DNA of 63,987 bases, the filler included, from Albugo candida (lineage: Eukaryota), in assembly GCA_040437565.1 (NCBI GenBank). It is 18 parts of 18 records of this genome, joined end to end, with 100 filler letters (N's around TTAATTAATTAA, not from the genome) between each part and the next. Parts side by side here need not be neighbours in the genome. Positions count along the whole stretch, not along the records: positions 50,979 to 54,413 come from JBDOQK010000218.1; positions 54,514 to 57,919 come from JBDOQK010000219.1; positions 58,020 to 61,401 come from JBDOQK010000220.1; 15 more parts are not named here. One strand, written 5' to 3'. Below, one piece after another: positions 50,981 to 61,501 of the stretch. The position numbers and the translations under genes are program-made. The notes under the pieces are model-generated. The model did not search any database. It saw only the letters and a list, made by a program, of their open reading frames with translations, and was not told the origin of the DNA. Positions within the stretch are counted from its first letter, which is position 1. The number at the start of each line of letters is the position of its first letter.

Positions 50981-53900
50981 ATCGCACTGGAAAATCAAGC
51001 AGCATTGTTTGAGCAATGTTTAACTAAAATTCGTACTGGACTTGCTAATGGACATGAGGCTACATTATCAAATATTAGTCATGCTCATCAGGTTATTGCT
51101 GCTAGTTTAGAACCTTATACTAGATCAACTCGTACTGGAATTAACCACGAACCTTTTCTTCATCCTTTGTCGACTTTCCCTACTTTGAATGGTATTGTTC
51201 ATTATCGTGACAGTCCTTCGAATGCAATTCCTGGATATAGAAATGTTGAACATACTATTACGGTCGAACGTAACGGAGAGGAAACAGATTTGGAAATGAC
51301 TTTGAGTCCCGTATCGGAGGCATTGAAATTAATGATTGCAAATCCTAAGTTCACGAATCATTTAGATTGCTTACCTGATAGAACTGAAAATCAATCGATC
51401 AAGCTTGCTCAAGGTGAAAAATGGAGAACACACCCTTCTTTTCAACAACCTATGATCGTCAGAGAAGATGGTGTTCAGCTTTGGATTAATGATACGGTAA
51501 AGCTTTTGAACTCATATTATCAAGACTCTGAACATCGACCTGCCTTCAAACTATTTGGATTTTTTACTAAAGATGGTGTTATACAAGTTGAAGCATTTAC
51601 TGTTACTACTACGACTGTGAATCATGTTACCAATACTCTTGAGTATGGTATCTCTGATAGTTTAGTGACTTTTGATGTTTCTAGTATTGACAGGGATTCT
51701 ATTGTTCGACCTGCACCCGATGATTTTACATCAGTTTATCATGGTGTTTATGATGAAGCTATGGGTGATTTCATGCCTAGTGCTTTGACTGAACGACAGT
51801 AAGTAATTTGGATATTTATAAAATTGCACAACTCTTATACTTAATAATTTTTTGCACATTAGAAATAATATGATTGAAAGATCCTCTATGTTTAAGCGTC
51901 CTTTACCAAACAATACTCATTTTCCTCTTGAAGCTCGCTCTCCTGCTGTTCATGCATACGTTGACCGTGACGGTGTTAGACAGTTCTTTCCTGGACGTGT
52001 TCTCAATTACATGGTTGTTCGGCTTACTCCTGTTAATCTCTTCTCGGACGACACAAGTGGAAATCGTACAAAGAAATGGAACAAATTTGATTACTGGACT
52101 ATGACTCCCTCTGCGTTTGCCTACTCAATGCGTAACCAATATGCTTCTCATTATCTACTCTGTGCATCAAATAAGCTTAATGCTGGTGAGATGTCAAAGC
52201 CTATTGTGGATGACTTGAAGTTATTGGAGTCTGGTATGGAAATGTTCTCTCAGAAATATAGTGAAAGTGTTTTAGTTATTGCACCCGTGTTATTTATCAG
52301 TGCTGATAATCCAAGACACTCTGATGTTTCTTGTACTCAAATGTCTGCTGCTACTTATTATTGTCGTTATTGTTATTTCAGAAGATTTGATAATAGTGTT
52401 CGTACCCTTGATCATATTGGTTTTGAACAATATGAAGCTGAAAGAAGATGTCGTGACCATTACATGCACTATTTCTTCCCGACTGAAAACCAAACGCCCC
52501 TTACTGTTATGGCTATGAATGAACACCGTGTTATTGAACCAGTTACAAATCTTGGTACTCTTGGTTATAAAAGAACTGGCTGTGAATTATTTCTTCAATT
52601 GAATTCTTGGGACCCTAGCAAGGATTGTCCAGTGGAAATATTGCATACAGTTCTTCTTGGTGTTGCTAAACATACTTTCGATGTGCTCAAGAAATACTTC
52701 TTAACTACGGAACAACTGGCTGTCATTACTTCTATCTACAGTAATCGACGATCTAAGGCTATTAGGACTTTCACATCTAATATGGACCTTCAAGGCTCAT
52801 TTGTTGGTAGGGATTACAAGTATCTGATTCAACAGTTCCCTCTTACGTTGTATCAAGCTCACGATCATCCTTTGTTTGCTCCTCAACGTCATGCTTACCT
52901 AGAAATCTTCCAGTGTGTGTCTAAGGTATACGAAAAGATAGGAGAGTTGGCATCCCTTCTTTACATGGCTGAAATTGATCAAAGGTTTGATGAGTATTGG
53001 GTACTTGTTCATAATACGGCAGAAGAGTTGATCGATTCCGTGGATATATTGGAACACGTTGATTTGCCAGGTGGTCATTCTCGTCCTCCTCGTCGCAATG
53101 CACGCACGAATAACAATGGAAACACTGCTGGAAATAATGGACGTCATGGACCAAATATACCGTTAAGTGACTTAAATAATGATGAAAATGTAGAACCTGA
53201 TAACAACCTTCCCTTCTCTTTTACAGGTCCTGAAAATGGTACTAATGATGATGAAGTTAACGAAGATGTTAACGAAGATGATAGTGGCCCTTCAACTATT
53301 TATCGTAAGTCTGGTGGTCCTTTAAACAATCGTTTGAAGTTCCATCTTTTGTATCATTTAAAGGAAAGTATTGTACGTTTCGGAACTGCTATTCAATACG
53401 AAACGGAAAGAAATGAGATGTGGAATAAGTTTTTTAGGGACGTTATTTTTCATACTAATAGGCACAACCCATCAAGAGACATTGCTAACAAGTTTGCTGA
53501 TGAAGTAATTCTAAGACATGTTGCAATGGGTGGTTCATGGAATAACGGTGAGAGTTTTGCAGGTTTGGCAGTTAACAACTACTTTAATGGTGAAAATGGA
53601 AATAATTCTATTCAAGCGTTCTACTTTTCGGCAACAAGAGAATTCACTGATAATAATTATATTCAAGCTTATCAAAAATTAACTGTAGGAACCTGTGGTG
53701 TTTTTCAAATTACTGAAGCCGGGAATACTGCTCGAAGAATTCTTGGTAAGGGTTGAAAGTATAGATGATCCATATATTTCACTTTCTTCTTATGTAGTTT
53801 CTGAAAATCATCTGGCTCCTGAAAATCCTGGTCGTCGTTCTATCTGGCAAAGAGGTTCTCGAACTGCTTTTTCTGATGCGGGTAATATCAAGGTTAAAAT

Positions 53901-54105
53901 AGATGATGAAGAACCAACACACGTCTTGCCTGTATCTAACGTTAAACTGCTGGACCTTGCCGACTTGTATCGCCCTTTGACATCAACTGATGATACGATT
54001 CTCTCTATCAACAGGTTCAAGTTTGGCACTCTCTGGTGGTTGAAGACGCATGATCTTAACTTTGATCCAATCCCTGCGGCAACAAATCCTTCCTCCCCTC
54101 TTTAA
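50981..54105 (+). CDS. CMC/Plavaka-related fungal DDE transposase (DDTSGN family), 5'-partial
   Basis: Intron at 51799-51862. Motifs: LFSDDTSGNRTKKWNKF, ADNPRHS...CRYC, PVEILHTVLLG, KFHLLYHL, RFG...ETERNE and NRHNPSRDIA. The last segment joins either through an intron at 53746-53797 or through a +1 G at 53750-53752. Confidence 0.85.
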
Positions 54106-57100
54106 TTTTTTCACTTAATTTTTCTAAGTGTTTTTTTTTCTCCCCCTCCACTTTTTCATCAAATTTTTCTAAGTGTTTTTGTCACACTTAAAATCCTCAC
54201 TTCCCCTCGTTCCCCTATTTTTTTTAACCAATTAAAGCCAAGTTTTTCATCGGATTTTATTTCCTCCGTGGTCTAACACTTTTCAAGCTGAATAAAACTT
54301 TATTTTGCGGACTTTATTTCATTTTATTTTTGAAAATTGAAAATTCTTGAGATTTTAGAAACTTTCATTGGCCAAACTGAAAAATGAGCTAAAAATTAAG
54401 GTTTGGGGGCCTCNNNNNNNNNNNNNNNNNNNNNNNNNNNNNNNNNNNNNNNNNNNNTTAATTAATTAANNNNNNNNNNNNNNNNNNNNNNNNNNNNNNN
54501 NNNNNNNNNNNNNATCACGCGAAAAGACGTCTGTTAGATAATTGATGCATTAGAGCTTGTAATAGTTTCTGTCTCTATTATTCTAGCAACAAACATATAT
54601 GAACCTCTCTAAGATTGATGCAATATGACTACATCTCAGGATGCGGTGCCTGTAGCAATACAACTGAGTCAAAAAATGATCTGCCCACTTGCTGTAATTG
54701 CAGCACTCATCAGCGAGAATGAACAAGTGCATCATATGAAACATAGTTGCTACTCGTTCGGTACTTGGCTAGTTAATACAGTAATGCTTTTTTTCTAGGT
54801 TATGCTGCTTTTGGTAGTAACGATTGCGGGCAATCAATTATTGCATGAATATCAGCTATTAAGCAACTGAGAAGTTTTGAGTGTTATCCGTATCCTTCTC
54901 TTACGCAATGTAATGAAGATTCTTTGAATCACATCGAGGTACCTTATTAGAGGTGCCCGTGATCTAAGGGTATATCAGCAATTGTCAGATCAAATTGCCC
55001 TCGTGAATTTTCTGTGGTGGAATGCATTTTGTAACGTTTCTACCAAAACGGTACAACAAGGAGACAAAAAAGATGTCTTTTTTTCATTATATGCCATCAT
55101 TCAGACATTACGCAGCGCAAAATTCAGTTACTATTCTGCAATACTTTGAAAGATTGTAAAGACTATCGATCCCATCCCGTAGACGCCTCTGTCAGGATGA
55201 GTAGCAATAGACCAATGGTGGCAGCGATACAAGTGTGTATCCCTGAGCCAAAACATGAGAGCGGAGCTCGCTTTGAATCAAGTCAGCACTGCCTTGACAA
55301 CGATACAAGAGTGTAAGTAAAAAGTTATTCCTGTCATTCAATAAGAGATGAATAAATAATTGAGGCACATTGACACTCATAATGCACAATACAAGACATC
55401 AAAATAAGCCAAGTGTGGATGAATTGCTTACTTTTAGGAAGCTTGCTTACGCTAAGAGTGTGCATTATTGCAGCAGCAAATGCAGAAATATAGCTTCTGT
55501 ACGGTTTTGGAATCGCCTGCGTGGTGACAGATCCTGCTTGTTGTCGTAAACATATACATGTCACCACCTCGTTGGTTGTTTAGTAGTTGCCTGAGCATTT
55601 CGGTTCGTATACGTATGTTCAAACTAAGACATGATATCAAACCAACCACAGCAGCAACACAGGAGAGCAAGTATCAACAACTTTCCGATGTTATTGCACA
55701 TTGAAACTGAAGAAGAGGCGACACGCGACATGAATTCAGAAGCATTCCGAGATATAACCTCGAAGCTCATAGAATTTCTTTTGAATATTCCTTACACATT
55801 GGAAGGCTTTAGTCATGTACAAAGAAGTAAAGAAACGTTGTCTTGGAATAGTGCATGTGGATTCTCGTACAATTCGTCTGCACGATATCACTGCCTTAAT
55901 AGCAAAAAGCTACTTTCTTTTCTCAAGAGGGTGTCTGGCGAAGGAAATGCAAGTGAATTTATGAGTGGGTTCCTCCTCAGTACATATACATCAATTGCTT
56001 TGCATTTGACAGTTCTCGTAGGTATTGATTGGTGTCAAATAACTTTATATTCGTCAATGCGGTTTGTCTCATGAGCATTGTCCTGGAGCTTGGATACAAA
56101 GAGAACATAAAAGGCTGATAGGTAAAAAATCTGAGGACAGTCACCATTGCTTGGAAATTGTGAACATAAACTTAGTGCATTGCAAATCATAGACTAGATC
56201 CACTTTGGTTCAAAACTTCTGTCGGAAAGGTTACTTTTTCGCGTTATTGACTTCAGCAGAAGATTGTTATCGTCCAATGCATAAGATCCATAGCTGATAA
56301 GTTTGAATTTGATGTGTCCTACTTTTAGACAAATGATGATTTAGAACTAGGTTTTGCTCTTATTATTTATTTGAAAGGTTTCTCGTCTAAATATCATATT
56401 TTCTCACCATTAAATAATAGTGCGATCTATTGTATATATGCTCAAATGCTCATGTCATGAATATACTTCAACTTGTACGGGTTTCGATGGTAATCAAAAT
56501 TTGCAAGAGCAACATTCAAGCTAAATAGGAAACATTCTCTTATTAGTGTACACAAATATTATCCTTTAGTAACTTCAACGGTGTTGCAGGTATGCACACG
56601 ACTTTGACTTGGTTCCGCAAATACCAGGATGTACCTCTCAAGTGAGACCTTTCAGATTGAATTATGGTGGACGAAGATAAAGATAAAGTTGTATCCACGA
56701 TCTCGTTGTGTGTAGCATTCTGCTCATCACTGTAAGAGGTTGCCTGCTCACCTCAATTCGAATACCAGCCGACAAGGACCACTCCAGACGCAGCGTAATA
56801 ACTTCCAAACCGCATATATATATTCAGAGCGGAAGTCAGTTGCAAACATGAGCTCGTCATTTGGTGCCTCACACTACGAAACTGTCGATGTCTGATTGTT
56901 CAGCTGACTTGAAAGATACATTTTCGTACTTTTCCAATCCATTCTTGTGTATAATTGGATAAAATCCTCTCCAAACCTGACTGCTTGTAAAAAATTCTCG
57001 TCATTTGGCCGCCTTCATCACCAGAGCAAAAAAGAACAGCAAAATAACAGCCTAATTCAGTATTGCGTTTTTCAAAAAGAAAAGCTCTCTAAACTTTCTT

Positions 57101-57327
57101 CGATAGTGAAAGTGTGTTATCAAATGTCGATGACTTTCACTTCTTTTCAGCTTCGGCATCGACGATGTATGCTCCGTACATTTAACAGGTGACCGTACAA
57201 ATTTCATCAAAGTGTACTTGGGATTTTAATTTTGCAGTCGCCCTGTATTATTGATTTATCATTCGATTGAAACAATTCATTCTTCATCGCGTACTCTTGA
57301 CGCCTTGTGCGTGGTAGAATAGCACGA

Positions 57328-57919
57328 ATGATGGAAGTAGGAATGCAAGTTTGGGTCCCAAGCGCCCAAGAGGTCTGGATGCCAGTTACTATTCTAAGTT
57401 GTGAGCAGCATCCCTCTGGTCATGAAATACAATTTCAATGTCACGGGACTGATACAAAATCCATGAGACAATATTCTCTCTCTGACGGACACGATACTAA
57501 TTCAATCCTATTGCAAAACGATATAAACGATTATACAAAATTACACTGTCTTCTCGAACTCCGACACGTGCACGAGCCCGCTCTCTTAGAAGCTGTTCAT
57601 CGACGATTTGAGAAAAATGTGATTTACACGTTCATGGACGAGATCCTGTTGGCTGTAAATCCCTTCACTCCCAATGCATCCTATTATTCTACCGAGCAAA
57701 TCGCTTTGTATCAAACTTGTGTGGATAAGTTTGTACCGCACCGAGATACACGTAAATTACCACCCCATGTCTATGCGATAGCCGCAAATGCATACAGTAA
57801 TCTGATACAAAATCAATGGAATCAGTCAATTCTCGTGAGTGGGGAAAGCGGTGCCGGGAAGACAGAAACGAGCAAGTTCCTAATGCATTTTCTAACATGT
57901 GTTCGTCGCAATGCATCCA
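57328..57919 (+). CDS. Myosin motor domain protein, 3'-partial
   Basis: N-terminal SH3-like VWVP...W, L.HVHEPALL, IYTF...ILLAVNPF, LPPHVYAIA and the P-loop NQSILVSGESGAGKTE. Confidence 0.95.
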
Positions 57920-58019
57920 NNNNNNNNNNNNNNNNNNNNNNNNNNNNNNNNNNNNNNNNNNNNTTAATTAATTAANNNNNNNNNNNNNNNNNNNNNNNNN
58001 NNNNNNNNNNNNNNNNNNN

Positions 58020-58159
58020 GTTATGATTCTGGTATACGTGGTACAAGAGTGGGAAAATGTTGTTCCTGCAGCCCTACTACACCCATTTGTGAGGATTGTT
58101 TTAAGCAACATTTACATCAAGTCTGGTCCACCCAAACTCATTTAAATAATAGTTTGTAG
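58020..58159 (+). CDS. C-terminal Cys-rich zinc-finger tail of a truncated gene (piggyBac-CRD-like spacing)
   Basis: YDSGIRGTRVGKCCSCSPTTPICEDCFKQHLHQVW...* is open from the contig edge. Confidence 0.4.
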
Positions 58160-58601
58160 TTTTTTTTATTATCCTGTTAATTTTTTTTATAAAATTGTTG
58201 AAATTCTTACGCATACTCTAACTGATCAAAATGTAGGCCCAGTTGGTCCGACCAATTTTTGGCAAAAATTGCCATTTTAAAATGCAGATCACCAACTATT
58301 TCCTTATTGGCGTTTTATACGGAGTTTAAACAAGCCTTAGGAAATGAAAAAAAAAAAAAAAAAAAAAAGTAACCCAGAAAATTACCATATATGGATTGCT
58401 AAAGAGTAATATGAATACATAGTTTACTGCTCATTGAGCAAATGATTCCTTTGCACATTAGTGAAAAACATTTAAAAAACAATAATAAACTATTTAATAA
58501 ATTAAGTGAGGTGATTTTTTTGAAGTTTTTTGAAGTTTTGTTTCCTTGTGTTCTTGAGATTTTGGTTTCTTCCCTTTTCGAAATTCAAATCTGAAATTTA
58601 A

Positions 58602-61401
58602 ATGCCTGCTCATAAACGAAGTAGAGAAGAAAAAGGAAAGGGTAGAGCAACTAATGTAAACTCTAGTCCTACAGAAAATAACAACAAAGAGAAAATATAC
58701 ATAAGGTTTCCGGCATCTATGTTAAAAAAGATTGCTGTACCTGATGTAACAACATCTACTACAATCCCAGTAGAAGATGCAAACACTACTACTGATGTTG
58801 AAGTTAGAGAACCAACACAAACTTCAGCACCAATTTTACAACAAAGAATTCGTTTGAAAATTAACACAAACGTTTCTAATCACCAAGAAAGAGCCAGGAT
58901 GTCAAATGCTGAAAAACAAGCGCGTTATAGATTAGCTCATCCTGAAGAAGTGGCTGCATTCCAAAGCATGTACCGAGCTGAACATGTCAATGAGGCTAGT
59001 CAATATAGAGCTGAACATGTCAATGAGGCTCGTCAATACAGAGCCGAACATCTTAATGAGGCTCGTCAATACAGAGCCGAACATCTTAATGAGGCTCGTC
59101 AATATAGAGTAGAACATGCAGCCGAAGCTCGCCAGTATAGAGCTGCACATGTCGATGAAGCACGTGAATATAGGCAAAATCGTCGTGCTCAGCGCGAAAA
59201 CCAAGCACCTGAAGTGAGTTTTTCTTGTTTTTGTAAAATATATATAATAAAAGAGCTGCAAAAATATTAATCTATGTCAACGTAGGTCAATATGCGATGG
59301 AGAGATAGTGTAATTCAATATGAACGTGAAATTAGAAGTGGACCAACAGTTATTTGCTTTTGTTGCACTAATTTATATTTTAAAAAAAGCACCACTTTAA
59401 TTAGTAAAGACAAACTTTGTGAATGGGGATGCGAACCTAATGTAGTAGAGCAAGCATTTTGGGCAGTAGATAGTGACGTTTTAAATGAAGATTTAGTTGC
59501 TGATGTACCAGTAAATCAAAGTGAACCTGAATCTGAAGAGACAATTTTTTATAGAGTGTGTTTGACATGTAGAGATACGTTTAAAAAAATGAAAAAGCTA
59601 CCTACTATTGCTGCATATAACGGATTGGCATTTCCTAAAAAGGTTGCCTGTGTCGATAGTTTAACTCGTTTAGAAGAAAGACTTGTAGCCCCAAGACATA
59701 TATTTCAATCCCTTTGGACACATAAAGGTATTCATGGACAATATCGTAGCAAAGGTGCAATCGTAAACGTTCCTGTAACAGTTGATACCACCGTTTCGTC
59801 TTTCCCTCAAAATTATGATGACTCTTCTACTATACATGTACATTTGGCACGTAAAATGGAGTACACTAAAAACTATATGCAAGGAGTTGTTAGTCCAGCT
59901 AAAATATGGGAGGCTGCTAGATACCTTCAATCCACACCATTATATATTGCCCATGATATTCAATTAGCAGATCAAGATGAATGGAATCAAAACAATATTG
60001 CTGATATTCCTATCGATGATGAAGATACTACTGAAGTAGTTCCTGCAGGTAATAATAATGATGATATTCAAAATGGTGATGGAACAAACAATACCGCTTT
60101 TGATGATAATAATCGTTATTCTGATGATGAAGATTTCGGAGAAGAATTGGATGCTCAGCTTCTAGAAGAACTTATTAATTGGGACGCAGAGGGTATCTAT
60201 GCTATTGATGAAGAAGAGGATGAAGAAGAAAATCAAAACAGCGAACAAAATAATACTAATGATACCACTGGCGTTGATCAAAATGATGATGAATATTTAG
60301 TAAATCCTGGAGTCAGAGAAACTTTGGTTATAGACGAAAACCAAATTTTAAGAATAGCACCTGCTGAGGGAAGCACTCCCTTATCAATCTTAATGGATGA
60401 TGAGTGTATATTCTTGGCATTTGTCAAAATCTTCTACGGACAAAGACTTAATACAGCAACAAATGTCTCAAAACATGCCATGTTTAAATCATTGATACGA
60501 AGTTTTGATAGAAGAGCAGCTACCCGGCCTGACCTTTTACTTTTTATGAATAGCAATATATTACTAAACAAACTGAAATCAAACATAAACATTATAGCAA
60601 GAAAGCGTACCCAAAATACTGAAGATGGTATGGTAGCATTAACTGCAGCCAACGTTTCTGATTCTGGTTATGTTGATAGCATGTTAAGTGCCGATCAGGC
60701 ATATAAAGTTTTCTCTGGGATTAGATCCTCGTCAACGTACTGGAAAGGGCAAAAGAAAAATGTTATGGCAATGATTGCTCAATTTGGTATCCCAACACTA
60801 TTCGTAACATTGTCAGCAGCCGAAAGCTATTGGCCAGAGCTTTTATGTATCCTTAAAAAAGTAATCGACAATGATACAATTACTGAACTAGAGGCAGAGC
60901 AACTGTCATTTACTGAGAAGGCTCGTTTGATCCAAAGTGATCCTGTAACTTGCGCTCGTTATTTTGATCATAGGTTTCGTGAACTGAAAAAAGCTATGAT
61001 GTTAGTTAATGATGATGGTCCTTTTGCTGGTTATGAGGTTCGAGAATATTATTTTAGAGTAGAATTTCAACATAGAGGTAAGAAACATTACAATTTTAAA
61101 TCATGTTCGAATTTATTATAGATTGGCTAAAAAAAAATCCTTTTGCATACAATAGGTTCACCGCATATTCACATGCTTGTTTGGTTAAAAAATGCTCCCC
61201 TCTTTGAAGACAAAATGTGTGACACTCGAGAAGAAGCAGAAATAATCCATCAAAGTATTTGCGATTTTGTCAACAAAATCATCACTTGTCAAAAAAATTG
61301 GGATGGTTCAGCTCATCATCAAGATGAAACATTATGCACGGAAGAAACATGGAAAGATCTTTTAAAATCAAGACAAACACATAAGCACACGCACACGTGC
61401 A
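58602..61401 (+). CDS. Helentron/Helitron2-type Rep(-helicase) protein, 3'-truncated
   Basis: Exons 58602-59213, 59286-61077 and 61156-61401. It has a CxxC...CxxC zinc finger and a DUF6570-like segment LTRLEERLVAPR...GQYRSKGAIVNVP. Rep motif 1 is GIPTLFVTLSAAE, followed by DPVTCARYF and the HUH motif YFRVEFQHRG|SPHIH, then QTHKHTHTC. Confidence 0.9.
58971..59168 (+). repeat. Coding tandem repeat, 6 x 33 bp (YRAEHxNEARQ)
   Basis: Units start at 58971, 59004, 59037, 59070, 59103 and 59136. Units 3 and 4 are identical. Confidence 0.95.
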
Positions 61402-61501
61402 NNNNNNNNNNNNNNNNNNNNNNNNNNNNNNNNNNNNNNNNNNNNTTAATTAATTAANNNNNNNNNNNNNNNNNNNNNNNNNNNNNNNNNNNNNNNNNNN
61501 N

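Larger units (their letters stand above)
3645..61501. other. 17 artificial 100-bp contig-joining spacers (N44 + TTAATTAATTAA + N44)
   Basis: Identical spacers at 3645-3744, 7380-7479, 11096-11195, 14799-14898, 18459-18558, 22117-22216, 25773-25872, 29415-29514, 33019-33118, 36615-36714, 40209-40308, 43773-43872, 47335-47434, 50879-50978, 54414-54513, 57920-58019 and 61402-61501. The 12-mer puts stop codons in all six frames. Internal contig lengths fall monotonically (3635, 3616, 3603, 3560 ... 3406, 3382). Confidence 0.99.

Noticed and set aside
54514-57300. Short ORFs upstream of the myosin gene (for example 55631-56074)
   Set aside because: No recognisable domain and no consistent splice model. 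Possibly a decayed gene, but unsupported.
58971-59168. 33-bp repeats as a CRISPR-like array
   Set aside because: The units are directly tandem with no unique spacers, are a multiple of 3 and vary mostly at synonymous positions. This is a coding repeat.
3645-61501. Regularly spaced TTAATTAATTAA palindromes flanked by Ns as a repeat array, and ORFs ending in X...LIN
   Set aside because: These are artificial contig linkers. Adjacency across them carries no biological meaning, so no operon-like linkage between the Fanzor candidate and the transposases can be inferred.
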